Assembly: GCA_051362555.1 (NCBI GenBank)
Contig: CM120644.1
Location: forward strand, 20,544,534 to 20,608,533
DNA length: 64,000 nt
Reading direction: 5' to 3'
DNA from: Lingula anatina
Taxonomy: Eukaryota > Animalia > Brachiopoda
This document shows positions 27,790 through 41,644 of this stretch, piece after piece (the stretch's first letter is position 1; the number at the start of each line of letters is the position of its first letter). The notes beneath the pieces are model-generated. The model was given only the letters and a program-made list of their open reading frames with translations, had not been told where the DNA came from and searched no databases. Position numbers and translations under genes: made by a program.

Positions 27790-30700
27790 GAAAATATTTA
27801 AAACAGTGGAAGCACGTGACAATTTTCCAAAATGATTACAGTGACAAAAATATATTATTATATTATAATAAAAACGTACAGCGACAATAGACATATATAG
27901 ACAGTGATTAGAATACATACAGACACATTTAACGTCACAACACACAAAGCACAGGCATCGGAATGTATGCATGAAATTTTCTCTGTATCAAGACTTTTGC
28001 TAAGCGAATCCTTGACTCCCCCCCTCCCACCCCCAACATACAGCGATAACTGACATAGACAGTGATCAGAATACATACAGACCCATCCAATTTCACAACA
28101 GACAATGTACAGGCATCACAATATATACAAGAAATTTTGTTAATATCAATATTTTTATTAAGCAAATCCTTAACACCCCCCCCCCCACCCCCAACTCCAA
28201 ACAGATAATATTAAGCCTTGTCTCCTTGAAAATATTTAAAAAAGTGCAACCTACGTGACAATTTTCCCAAATGATAATTTCTCAGGTACCACATATATTG
28301 TCGATGGTCACAGTTCGATTAAAAAGAATCATCAGTATGGTAATATCATTGTTGCACTGACCTGTGCTGAGGTTGCGAGGTTGTGATCAGTTCAGCTGTC
28401 CTCTGTGTGATGATCATCCACAAAACACACCTCCATCTTTACTGAAAACAGATAACACATCATCAATAAAAAATATATTTATAGACACATACAGTATAGT
28501 TAAAAAACAGAAATAACACAGTGGTCAAAATATATTATATTATATTATATTATATTATATTATATTATATTATATTATATTATATTATATTATATTATAA
28601 TAAAAACATGCAGCGACAACAGATATAGACAGTGATCAGAATACATACAGACACAACCAATTTCACAACAGACAATGTATGGGCATCACAATATATACAA
28701 GAAATTTTGTCTATATCAGGATTTTTGCTAAGCGAATCCTTGACCCCCCCCCCCCCACTAAAACAGATAATATAAAGCCTTGTCACCTTGAAAATATTTA
28801 AAACAGTGGAACCACGAGACAATTTTCCAAAATGATTACAGTGACAAAAATATATTATTATATTATAATAAAAACATACAGCGACAATAGACATATATAG
28901 ACAGTGATTAGAATACATACAGACACATTGAACGTCACAACACACAAAGCACAGGCATCGGAATGTATGCATGAAATTTTCTCTGTATCAAGACTTTTGC
29001 TAAGCGAATCCTTGACTCCCCCCCCTCCCACCCCCAACTCCAAGCAGGTAACATTAACCCTTGTCACCTTCAAAATATATAAAACAGACTAGAACCTAAG
29101 TTACAATTTTCCAAAATGATAATTTCTCAGGTACCACATATAGTGTCGATGATCACAGTTCGATTAAAAACAATCATCAGTATGGCAATATCATTGTTGC
29201 ACTGACCTGTGCTGAGGTTGCGAGGTTGTGATCAGCTCAGCTGTCCTCTGTGTGATGATCATCCAGAAAACACACCTTCATCTCTACTGAAAACAGATAA
29301 TACATCATCAATAAAAAATATACTTATATACACATACAGTATAGTTAAAAAACAGAAATAACACAGTGGTCAAAATATATTATATTATATTATATTATAT
29401 TATATTATATTATATTATATTATATTATATTATATTATAAAAAAAACATGCAGCGACAACAGATATAGACAGTGATCAGAATACAGACACAACCAATTTC
29501 ACAACAGACAATGTACAGGCATCACAATATATACAAGAAATTTTGTCTATATCAGGATTTTTGCTAAGTGAATCCTTGACCCCCCCCCCCCCCCCCCACT
29601 AAAACAGATAATATTAAGCCTTGTCACCTTGAAAATATTTAAAACAGTGGAACCACGAGACAATTTTCCAAAATGATTACAGTGACAAAAATATATTATT
29701 ATATTATAATAAAAACATACAGCGACAATAGACATATATAGACAGTGATTAGAATACATACAGACACATTTAACGTCACAACACACAAAGCACAGGCATC
29801 GGAATGTATGCATGAAATTTTCTCTGTATCAAGACTTTTGCTAAGCGAATCCTTGACTCCCCCCCTCCCACCCCCAACATACAGCGATAACTGACATAGA
29901 CAGTGATCAGAATACATACAGACCCATCCAATTTCACAACAGACAATGTACAGGCATCACAATATATACAAGAAATTTTGTTTATATCAATATTTTTATT
30001 AAGCAAATCCTTAACACCCCCCCCCTCCCACCCCCAACTCCAAACAGATAATATTAAGCCTTGTCTCCTTGAAAATATTTAAAACAGTGCAACCTACGTG
30101 ACAATTTTCCCAAATGATAATTTCTCAGGTACCACATATATTGTCGATGGTCACAGTTCGATTAAAAAGAATCATCAGTATGGTAATATCATTGTTGCAC
30201 TGACCTGTGCTGAGGTTGCGAGGTTGTGATCAGTTCAGCTGTCCTCTGTGTGATGATCATCCACAAAACACACCTCCATCTTTACTGAAAACAGATAACA
30301 CATCATCAATAAAAAATATATTTATAGACACATACAGTATAGTTAAAAAACAGAAATAACACAGTGGTCAAAATATATTATATTATATTATATTATATTA
30401 TATTATATTATATTATATTATATTATATTATATTATATTATATTATATTATATTATAATAAAAACATGCAGCGACAACAGATATAGACAGTGATCAGAAT
30501 ACATACAGACACAACCAATTTCACAACAGACAATGTATGGGCATCACAATATATACAAGAAATTTTGTCTATATCAGGATTTTTGCTAAGCGAATCCTTG
30601 ACCCCCCCCCCCCCCCACTAAAACAGATAATATAAAGCCTTGTCACCTTGAAAATATTTAAAACAGTGGAACCACGAGACAATTTTCCAAAATGATTACA

Positions 30701-31500
30701 GTGACAAAAATATATTATTATATTATAATAAAAACATACAGCGACAATAGACATATATAGACAGTGATTAGAATACATACAGACACATTGAACGTCACAA
30801 CACACAAAGCACAGGCATCGGAATGTATGCATGAAATTTTCTCTGTATCAAGACTTTTGCTAAGCGAATCCTTGACTCCCCCCCCTCCCACCCCCAACTC
30901 CAAGCAGGTAACATTAACCCTTGTCACCTTCAAAATATATAAAACAGACTAGAACCTAAGTTACAATTTTCCAAAATGATAATTTCTCAGGTACCACGTA
31001 CATATAGTGTCGATGATCACAGTTCGATTAAAAACAATCATCAGTATGGCAATATCATTGTTGCACTGACCTGTGCTGAGGTTGCGAGGTTGTGATCAGC
31101 TCAGCTGTCCTCTGTGTGATGATCATCCAGAAAACACACCTTCATCTCTACTGAAAACAGATAATACATCATCAATAAAAAATATACTTATATACACATA
31201 CAGTATAGTTAAAAAACAGAAATAACACAGTGGTCAAAATATATTATATTATATTATATTATATTATATTATATTATATTATATTATATTATAAAAAAAA
31301 CATGCAGCGACAACAGATATAGACAGTGATCAGAATACAGACACAACCAATTTCACAACAGACAATGTACAGGCATCACAATATATACAAGAAATTTTGT
31401 CTATATCAGGATTTTTGCTAAGTGAATCCTTGACCCCCCCCCCCCCCCCAACTAAAACAGATAATATTAAGCCTTGTCACCTTGAAAATATTTAAAACAG
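27790..31500. repeat. Higher-order duplication, ~1.84-1.86 kb period
   Basis: Identical spurious ORFs at 27858/29699, 27935/29776 and 28858/30718. Shared variants gatcagttcagc and ttaaaaacaatc. Boundaries approximate. Confidence 0.8.
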
Positions 31501-33652
31501 TGGAACCACGAGACAATTTTCCAAAATGATTACAGTGACAAAAATATATTATTATATTATAATAAAAACATACAGCGACAATAGACATATATAGACAGTG
31601 ATTAGAATACATACAGACACATTGAACGCCACAACACACAAAGCACAGGCATCGGAATGTATGCATGAAATTTTCTCTGTATCAAGACTTTTGCTAAGCG
31701 AATCCTTGACTCCTGCACCTCCAACTCCAAACAGGTAACATTAACCCTTGTCACTTTCAAAATATATAAAACAGACTGGAACTTACTTGACAATTTTCCC
31801 AAATGATAATTTCTCAGGTACCACATATATTGTCGATGGTCACAGTTCAATTTAAAAGAATCATCAGTATGGCAATATCATTGTTGCACTGACCTGTGCT
31901 GAGGTTGCGAGGTTGAATTAAGCTCAGCTGTCCTCAGTGTTATGATAATCCAGTAAACACACCTTCATCTCTACTGAAAACAGATAATACATCATCAATA
32001 AAAAATATATTTATAGACACATACAGTGGTTATAACACAGAAATTACAGTGACCAAAATACATTATTTTTTTCATATTATAATAAAAACATACAGCGATA
32101 ACTGACATAGACAGTGATCAGAATACATGCAGACCCATCCAATTTCACAACAGACAATGTACAGGCATCACAATATATACAAGAAATTTTGTTTATATCA
32201 AGAGTTTTTTCTAAGCAAATCCTTGACCCCCAACTCCAAACAGATAATATTAAGCCTTGTCTCCTTGAAAATATTTAAAACAGTGCAACCTACGTGACAA
32301 TTTTCCCAAATGATAATTTCTCAGGTACCACATATATTGTCGATGGTCACAGTTCGATTAAAAAGAATCATCAGTATGGTAATATCATTGTTGCACTGAC
32401 CTGTGCTGAGGTTGAGAGGTTGTGATCAGGTCAGCTGTCCTCTGTGTGATGATCATCCACAAAACACACCTCCATCTCTACTGAAAACAGATAACACATC
32501 ATCAATAAAAAATATATTTATAGACACATACAGTATAGTTAAAAAACAGAAATAACACAGTGGTCAAAATATATTATATTATATTATATTATATTATATT
32601 ATATTATATTATATTAATAAAAACATGCAGCGACAACAGATATAGACAGTGATCAGAATACATACAGACACAACCAATTTCACAACAGACAATGTATGGG
32701 CATCACAATATATACAAGAAATTTTGTCTATATCAGGATTTTTGCTAAGCGAATCCTTGACCCCCCCCCCCCCCCCCCCCCCACTAAAACAGATAATATA
32801 AAGCTTTGTCACCTTGAAAATATTTAAAACAGTGGAACCACGAGACAATTTTCCAAAATGATTACAGTGACAAAAATATATTATTATATTATAATAAAAA
32901 CATACAGCGACAATAGACATATACAGACAGTGATTAGAATACATACAGACACACTGAACGTCACAACACACAAAGCACAGGCATCGGAATGTATGCATGA
33001 AATTTTCTCTGTATCAAGACTTTTGCTAAGCGAATCCTTGACTCCTGCACCTCCAACTCCAAACAGGTAACATTAACCCTTGTCACTTTCAAAATATACA
33101 AGGCAGCAAAGCTGTCAAATGTACAGACAAAAAACAGAAAATAAAGATGCAAAAAAGGTCATTTTGTCAATTTTGATGCAATAATAAATAATGCTTATAA
33201 TAGCACTGTCAGTCAACACTGAATTTTAATCTTGCACAACAGGTAACATGGTCAATAACGGGAGCGGACCCAGAGATATTTTCTGACAGTATTACAAAGT
33301 ATCTATGTTGATCCATCCTCCATTTTGATGGTCTTCCAACAGAAAAAAATAGATACCAGTCAATATAAACTTAATAACCTGACTGTCTTCAGGAAGACCC
33401 AGAAGATGGTCCACCCCTTCAATAAAATTACTGTTTCAGGACCATGAGAGTTCAAATTCACATTATGAAACTCTCAATATTTGAAAAATGATGACAGTGC
33501 ATAAAATAATATTACATAATGTTTAAAGACATAAAAAACTATACAACTGCTTATGTGGAAATACAGAAAATGTGCAGAGCCCCAGGCAGATGAGAGTTAA
33601 AAGTCACAAATGCAAGTGTTTGAGAAAAAATTATAAAGGAAAACATAACAAA

Positions 33653-33849
33653 GCTAGAAAAGCACTTTGAGAGTGCAGACCTTTGCCAAGGCAGCAATTG
33701 TTGATTATTATTGATAATTGATTGATTATTGGCCCACTTCCGACAGTTCCTGAAAATTTCTGCAAAATCAGTCCATAACTTTTTGTGTTATGTGGATGAC
33801 AGACAAACGGGGGTGAAAATATGACCTCCTTGGCAGAGCTTGAGGTAAA
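33653..33849 (-). mobile_element. Short HINE-like element of a second family, nested
   Basis: Minus strand TTACCTC..TGCCAAGGAGG..TTTGTCTGTC ... CCTTGGCAAAGGTCT-GCACTCTCAAAGTGC-TTTTCTAG: subterminal inverted repeat, microsatellite remnant and 3' hairpin. Confidence 0.65.
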
Positions 33850-33894
33850 TATAATTCCAATGAAGATGCTATTCAAACTTTTAATCTTCCAGTT

Positions 33895-33896
<2 letters not shown>

Positions 33897-33983
<87 letters not shown>
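33897..33983. repeat. (AT)n microsatellite, ~43 units
   Basis: Pure dinucleotide run. Confidence 0.98.
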
Positions 33984-33987
<4 letters not shown>

Positions 33988-34798
33988 AAAACTTATTTGC
34001 AATATTAAACAAAATTTACCTGCTTAATTATCACTGCTTCCTTATTATTAATCTAGCAGAGAGCTTTACCTTTGGGAGTTTACAGGGAAATATCAACAAG
34101 TGTGCCTTATGTAATCTCATTTAATAGCCTATTAAGGCAAATGACTTTATAACTCTGAAATTAATCTAGTGATACCCAAGGGTAATTAACAGACTGACCC
34201 ACTCAAAGGTCTTTAGGCCCATAAGTCACACTTTAAGAAAAGCACAAAACCATAATGCCCAAAATAGGAGACTACCAATCCTGATGCAATAATACATTAT
34301 GTTTAACTGCACAGTCAACATCAACTTATGCACAACAGGTAACACAGACGAAATTAAAAGCATAAGGCTTCAGGCCCATCGGAGTTCAAGTTTATACTTA
34401 GAAAGTGCCAGAATGAGAAATATGAAAATTTCACAAAAAATGCATAAATTCAATAAAAATGATAATCCAATAGAGCTGGTTTTCTTATATAAGCTGAAGG
34501 CCAATCCTAAAAATCGTACTTGTAGGTTAAAAATGATAATAAGTAGCACAGTTTTCTTTTCATAATGTTTGCAGTAGCAGTGCAAAAAGATTGTTGTCAA
34601 TTTTGATGTAACATTACATAATAAATTAGAGAATAATTATCACCAATTTTTGTTGATTGACTATAAATAGGATGGACATGTAGAAAATATGATTACCATT
34701 CGGCTTCATGTCCATGGGAGCTCTGAGTCCCACAATGAATATGCCAAAAAGATAATGAATATTACACTAAAATGTATAGCTTCCAGAAAAAGAAGCTA

Positions 34799-36256
34799 CG
34801 GTAATTCTCCAATCTATACGAACACCGCAATAATTACGAACGAAACGTTTTTTCTCTGAATCTGAATTTTTTGTCTCCGTTCTGTACGAACGATCGCTAA
34901 ACTCACCTTGGGCACAATTTAAATTTTCCGAACGCAAGAAAGTGTGCCCAATTGAAACTCGCCCCATGATTCGTCAAAGCGAGTTTTCAGACCACCGTTC
35001 CAAACAAAGGAAATGCCACTTGACAGGAGAGATTGTTATCATGTATTTGTGCTGTTTTTGAATGAGACGATAGAAGGACTCAACCTGCCCGCCAGCAGCT
35101 GCAGGCCAGTTTTAAAACCCTATTGTTATTTAGAAATTATTGAAAGCATCAGTACACATAAATTACTTACTGTTTATTATCATTTCTTAACTTCTGCCGG
35201 CCGACTGATCATCAACATCCACCATCGGTGTTTCACCGATAACTGGTTTCCAGTAAAATCTATAAACGTGAAACCCACGCAGAACAGAAGAGTATGAGAA
35301 ATCCATAGTCAATGATCGAGTTTTTCTTTGTTTTTGGTAGTCATTAGGAAATTAAATTTTTTAAGAGGAGTTCTGTCTTGTATTGTATTTCTTTTTCTAA
35401 TTTGAGTTGTTTGCTTTTTTGTTTGTTTGTTTTTCCTTGTTAAAGACCTTGTCTCATGAACAACTATTAGGTAAACCTTACTGATATTGGTGATTGTGAA
35501 AAATAAAGGTGCCGTATGACTTTATACAAATTTACCTGCAGTTTTCTGTATTTTTTCTAATTAAGTTTACATTGATTGCGTGCAAATTAATATGCTGTAA
35601 AAGACTTACATAAATAGACGTGAATTGAGCTGATGTTATTTTTCATATCAAGTATAATCTCTATTAACGTCAGTGATATCTACTGTGAGGAGTTTCAAGT
35701 ATTTTGTTTTGGCGGAAGAAATTTATGTAGGCCAAATGGGGGGTGTGTGACATTATTAATATTGCAGATTTTCTATATGTGAAATCATATTAAAAGTAAA
35801 TACGCATTAAATAAAATATTCAACTGGATACGCAAATATTCTTGTCTGTTTTTGACAGAAGTTGGGAAAAACGATGTTGTCCTGTCTTGGTAAAACATAA
35901 CAGGGAAAAACGATGTTGTCTTGTCTTGGGAGAAATGTACCTCTTTAGTATGAAGGAATTGTTTCTTAACTTGAATTCCCGACTTTTGTTTAGTTTGTTT
36001 TCATTCATTGCAATATCGCAAGAATAATTTGTTTGTGCTAAAAGCTGATCACAGTGATTTAATCTGAAAGTAATGCTTACACTTAGCAATGTAGGTAAGT
36101 GGAGATAATTTCCGGTACAGCCGTATTCCATTCGTATTTCAATGGATACGAACGCGTGGCAATTTTTAGCAGACTGAATTTCAAGCCTTACGAACAAAAT
36201 GATTATCTTCCAAAAATAATTAATTTTAATCGTTCGTATAGATTGGAGAATTACCG
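34799..36256. mobile_element. Non-autonomous TIR DNA transposon, TA TSD (1458 bp), nested in the HINE
   Basis: Perfect 25-bp TIRs CGGTAATTCTCCAATCTATACGAAC / GTTCGTATAGATTGGAGAATTACCG, TA on both sides, subterminal TACGAAC motifs. Confidence 0.92.
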
Positions 36257-36259
36257 TAA

Positions 36260-37555
36260 TTAGACTGCTTTTCCAACTCAGGCTGCATTTTAGTCCTGTG
36301 TTTCTTTTTTGAAAGTTTGACAGTCATAAGTAACCCAGTTTTCCCATAATGGTCATCAAGGCAGCAGCACCCAAAATTGTGTTTTCTTCTATTTTGATGC
36401 AACATTACATAATGCTTAACGGCATAATGACCATCGATTTTTAATAATAAAATATAAGTGTCATGAATTTTCAGAAAATGTGACAAGCATGGGTCTTCAA
36501 GCCCGTGGAGGTTCTAAGTCACACCTTGGAAATGCCAATATGTGAAAAATTACATTTTCACAAAAAACTGTTTAATTGCCAGAAAAATTTACCAAACAGA
36601 CTGCATTGCCTACTGAAGCTGTATTTTAGACCCATGTTTCTTTCCTGTAAGTTTGAGAACAGTAATTGACACGATTTTCCTTAAATGGTCATCATGGGAG
36701 CAGTGCCCAAAACAGGGGTTTCTTCAAATTTTGATGCAACATTACATAATGTTTAACAGCATAATGACCATCAATTAATTATAAAATATCAGTATAACGC
36801 ATATTCAGAAAATGTGACAAGCAAAGGTCTTCAGGATCATGGAACTTCAAAGTCATACATTGAAAATGCCAATATGTGAAAAATTAAATTTTCACAAAAA
36901 AACTGCTCAACTACCAGAAAAATTTACCAAACAGACTGCATTGCCTACTGAAGCTGTATTTTAGTCCCATGTTTCTTTCCTGTAAGTTTGAGAACAGTAA
37001 GTGACATGACTTTCCTTAAATGGTCATCATGGGAGCAGTGCCCAAAATAGGGGTTTCTTCAAATTTTGATGCAATATTACATAATGTTTTACAGCATAAT
37101 GACCATCCATTTTTCATAATAAATTATACCTGTCATGGATTTTAAGAAAATGTGACTAGCATGGGTCTTCAAGCCCATGGAGGTTCTAAGTCACACCTTG
37201 GAAATGCCAATAAGTAAAAAATTTAATTTTCACAAAAAAACTGTTTAATTGCCAGAAAAATTTACCAAACAGACTGCATTGTCTACTGAAGCTGTATTTT
37301 AGACCCATGTTTCTTTCCTGTAAGTTTGAGAACAGTAATTGACATGATTTTCCTTAAATGGTCATCATGGGAGCAGTGCCCAAAATAGGGGTTTCTTCAA
37401 ATTTTGATGCAACATTACATAATGTTTTGCAGCATAATGACCATCAATTTTTAATTATAAAATATTAGTATCATGGTTATTCAGAAAATGTGACTAGCAA
37501 AAGTCTTCAGGCCCATGGAACTTTAAAGTCACATATTGAAAATGCCAAAATGTAA
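36260..37555. repeat. HINE-internal tandem repeat, ~335-340 bp period, ~4 copies
   Basis: gactgcattgyctactgaagctgtattttag near 36599, 36934 and 37272, with a diverged copy from ~36263. Confidence 0.88.
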
Positions 37556-40260
37556 ACAAGACAGCACTGTTCTGAAACGGGTTTATTTCCATTTTTAACA
37601 CTATTTTAACATAAAACAAAATAAACAGTTTACTGCCATTTTTATATGACCAATGAAGAAAATTGATGAGATGGGAAAAGTATCAATAGAACAGTGTTAA
37701 ATGTCCAACTTCCTCCATTCTGAGATTCTGAACATAGTGGATGAATGCATCTGACAAACTGCAATGATATGAGTTTATTTCCATTTTTGACACTTTATTA
37801 CACAATACACGATAACAAGTTTACCATCATTTTTACATAATCAGCTAAAAATGTTGTAAAGATGCAGGAAATATCAAACAAACACTTTTACATTTCTTAT
37901 TAGTTCAATTATGAGACTGTTAACATGCCTAAGAATTGAATCTGAGGAATTGTGAAAAAACAGCATAACTCCTAAAATAATGGCCCGATTATACTGATTT
38001 TTGAACTCAACCTGCATTTTAGTAAGATTGACCACTCCTATGAGTACAATGACAATTGGCCAATCTGTTTTTCTTATATTGTGTTTACGGTGTTGCATAT
38101 ATGCTGAAAAAAAGCATAACTTCCCTAAAAATTACCCGATCATGCTGATTTTCGAACTTGACCGGCATGTTATGAATATTCATCAGTACTGTAAGTTTCA
38201 AGCCAAAATGTAATACGGTTTTTCACTTATTGTGTTTACGGTGTTGCATATATGCTGAAAAAAGTGAAAAAAAAAGCATAACTTTCCTAAAAATGACCCG
38301 ATCATGCTGATTTTCGAACTTGACTGGCGTATTATGAATATTCATCAGTTCTGTAAGTTTCAAGCCAAAAGGTAAAATGGCTTTTCACTTATCGTGTTTA
38401 CGGTTAAAGTGCACGCCAACGGCGACGGCGACGACAGACGCAGATGATGGCTATATGTACAGACACATCTGTGTCTGTACATAATAAAACAGACTGGAAC
38501 TTACGTGACAATTTTCCCAAATGATAATTTCTCAGGTACCACATATATTGTCGATGGTCACAGTTCGATTTAAAAGAATCATCAGTATGGCAATATCATT
38601 GTTGCACTGACCTGTGCTGAGGTTGCGAGGTTGTGATCAGCTCAGCTGTCCTCTGTGTGATGATCATCCACAAAACACACCTCCATCTCTACTGAAAACA
38701 GATAACACATCATCAATAAAAAATATATTTAAAGACACGTACAGTGGTTATAACAAAGAAATTACAGTGACCAAAATATATTATTATATTATAATAAAAA
38801 CATACAGCGACAATAGACATATATAGACAGTGATCAGAATACATACAGACACATCCAATTTCACAACAGACAATGTACAGGCATCACAGTATATACAAGA
38901 AATTTTGTATACATCAGGATTTTTGCTAAGCGAATCCTTGACCCCCCCTCCCCCACCCAAACAGATAATATAAAGCCTTGTCACCTTGAAAATATTTAAA
39001 ACAGTGGAACCACGTGACAATTTTCCAAAATGATTACAGTAACAAAAATATATTATTATATTATAATAAAAACATACAGCGACAATAGACATATATAGAC
39101 AGTGATTAGAATACATACAGACACATTGAACCTCACAACACACAAAGCACAGGCATCGGAATGTATGCATGAAATTTTCTCTGTATCAAGTCTTTTGCTA
39201 AGCGAATCCTTGACTCCTGCACCTCCAACTCCAAACAGGTAACATATTAACCCTTGTCACTTTCAAAATATATAAAACAGACTGGAACTTACGTGACAAT
39301 TTTCCCAAATGATAATTTCTCAGGTACCACATATAGTGTCGATGGTCACAGTTTGATTAAAATGAATAGCAGTTATCAATATACACAAGAAATTTTGTCT
39401 ATATCAGGATTTTTGCTAAGCGAATCCTTGACCCCCCCCCCCCAACTCCAAACAGATAATATTAAGCCTTGTCACCTTGAAAATATTTAAAACAGTGGGA
39501 CTTACGTGACAATTTTCCCAAATGATAATTTCTCAGGTACCACATATAGTGTCGATGGTCACAGTTCGATTAAAAAGAATCTTCACTATGGCAATATCAT
39601 TGTTGCACTGACCTGTGCTGAGGCTGCTAGGTTGAGATCAGTTCAGTTGTCCTCAGTGTGATGATAATCCAGGAAACACACCTTCGTCTCTACTGAAAAC
39701 AGATAATACATCATCAATAAAAAATATATTTATAGACATGTACAGTGGTTATAACACAGATGTTACATCGACCAAAATATGTTATTATATTATAATATAA
39801 TTATAATAGAAGCATACAGTGACAATAGACATATATAGACAGTGATTAGAATACATACAGACACATTCAACGTCACAACACACAAAGCACAGGCATCAGA
39901 ATGTATGCATGAAATTTTCTTTATATCAAGACTTTTGCTAAAAAATCTTTGTACTCTCCCCCCCCCCCCACCCCCAACTCCAAACAGTTCACATTAACCC
40001 TTGTCATCTTCAAAATATATCAAACAGACTGGAAACTAAGTGACAATTTTCCGAAATGATAATTTCTCAGGTACCACATATAGTGTCGATGGTCACAGTT
40101 CATTTAAAAAGAATTATCAGTATGGCAATATCATAGTTGCACTGACCTGTGCTGAGGTTGCGAGGCTGAGATCAGCTCAGCTGTCCTCAGTGTGATGATA
40201 ATCCAGGAAACACACCTTCTTCTCTACTGAAAACAGAATACTGAATACATCATCAATAAA

Positions 40261-40579
40261 AATTCAAAAAATTAAACGAAACTTACCGAAGTTGAAGTTT
40301 GATTGTAATTCTACTTTATCGCTGGAAAGGAATGTAGGAATCACATGAGATAGCGCAGGCGTATCGGACTTCAGTTTTGAACGCAGGTAATCCAAAGTGT
40401 AATCTAAAGTGTACAACATGAAGGCCTATTGTAATGATCGCTGCTGTCTGAAAACTTCTTGAAAAAATTGTGATGAAGTAGAATTACAATCAAACTTCAA
40501 CTTTGGTAAGTTCGGTAAGTTTCGTTTAATTTTTTAATTCTACTTCATCACCGTCAAGTCATTACGGAACCACATGAGA
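40261..40579. repeat. DIRS right terminus and internal complementary region (ICR)
   Basis: 40261-40320 is the reverse complement of 40472-40539 apart from a 9-bp duplication and a few substitutions. 40535-40579 partly repeats 40306-40350 (taattctactt...cacatgaga). Confidence 0.75.
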
Positions 40580-40797
40580 TTTTAAAAGCTCTGAGTCCAT
40601 TGTGATTACCCCACATAAAATTAAAACAAGACCTGCAGCATAAATTCGATATGTGTATTTTGTGTATAACACGAAACTAATATAGTACATTTTAAAAACA
40701 CTGAATATTGTAATATCTTTCAGTCACCATTTAGCGTCTGTTTTGTTTATACATAAGTAATATAATATTAATGTCCACTGTTTGCTGTAATAAAGCT

Positions 40798-41205
40798 TCA
40801 AGCTTTTGTCATTGCTTCTAAAACTTTGGAGTCCATTTTGACAATCTGTTTAGTTTTATTATAGAACGTGGCAAATGTACTTGCATTGGCCCATCCAACA
40901 TGCTTTAATATTTTGTCAATAGGGCATCCCATTAATGCTGCTGCTGATGTCGACCCGGCACATGTGCTATGTGCTGAATAAACACTAGTGTCTATCCCAC
41001 TGTCGGCTAAAACTTGTTTAATCCAGCGAGAAATGATCTCTGTTGAAGCTGCCAAGTGCGGTTTTTGATAGCTGATAAACAACACGTTTGATTTTCTCAA
41101 AGGAGCTGTTTCAGTTACGTACGTCTGCAGATGGTGCACTATGCACAGGGATTTATCTGTATACCCTGATAATGCTATCTGGGATAGATGATGTCCTGGT
41201 TTGAC
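40798..41205 (-). pseudogene. DIRS tyrosine recombinase, C-terminal fragment
   Basis: KPGHHL..DKSLCIV..LFISYQKPH..ISRWIK..YSAHSTCAGSTS..GWANASTFATFYNK. The HSTR box reads HSTC; the catalytic Tyr is retained. Confidence 0.9.
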
Positions 41206-41644
41206 TGGGCATCCTAGTAGTCTCTGTTGGGATTGATTTTTTACAAGAAATCAATAAATCAATGTAAATTACTCTTAAACGTCCAATTCTAACCAGGGCA
41301 AAGTCATGTTTGGGTCGCGTCGCAGCGTACGTAACAGAGGACGATTTAATAGCCCACAATTAAGAGGGATCATATATCACGCCTCTTTTCACACATGGTT
41401 GTGTTGCCGCAAGGCGAGAAACACCCCGCCTCACCCTATTTACATAAGACCACCCCTTCTTACTCATCGCTGCATGTGTGTAAGATGTACGTAAGATGTC
41501 CGTAAAATATACGTAAGTCGGCATTGTCCTTAGCTTACATATTTTCACACCATTCTTTTGTCCTCTTAAGGGGCGTATGTAAGACGACTTAATCGTTTTT
41601 GAAGTAAGCATATCCGTATTGTCATCTTCTCTGCACAAAACTGT

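Larger units (their letters stand above)
12200..28350. repeat. Higher-order triplication (~5.0, ~5.57, ~5.57 kb units)
   Basis: Diagnostic variant ctgcgctgaggttgcaagg near 12215, 17218 and 22789. LINE ORF offsets are 5581 and 5570 bp. Monomer subtypes occur in the same order. Boundaries approximate. Confidence 0.9.
33099..38484 (-). mobile_element. Helentron-associated non-autonomous element (HINE/DINE-1-like), ~5.4 kb with nested inserts
   Basis: Minus strand reads: TT-ATGTACAGACA with adjacent inverted copy (palindrome ~38454-38483), GTC/GCC microsatellite, internal tandem repeats, 3' subTIR TGTCTGTACAT, hairpin GACAGC-TTT-GCTGCC, then TTG(T). Clean insertion without TSD into ttcaaaatata|taaaacag. 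Confidence 0.85.
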
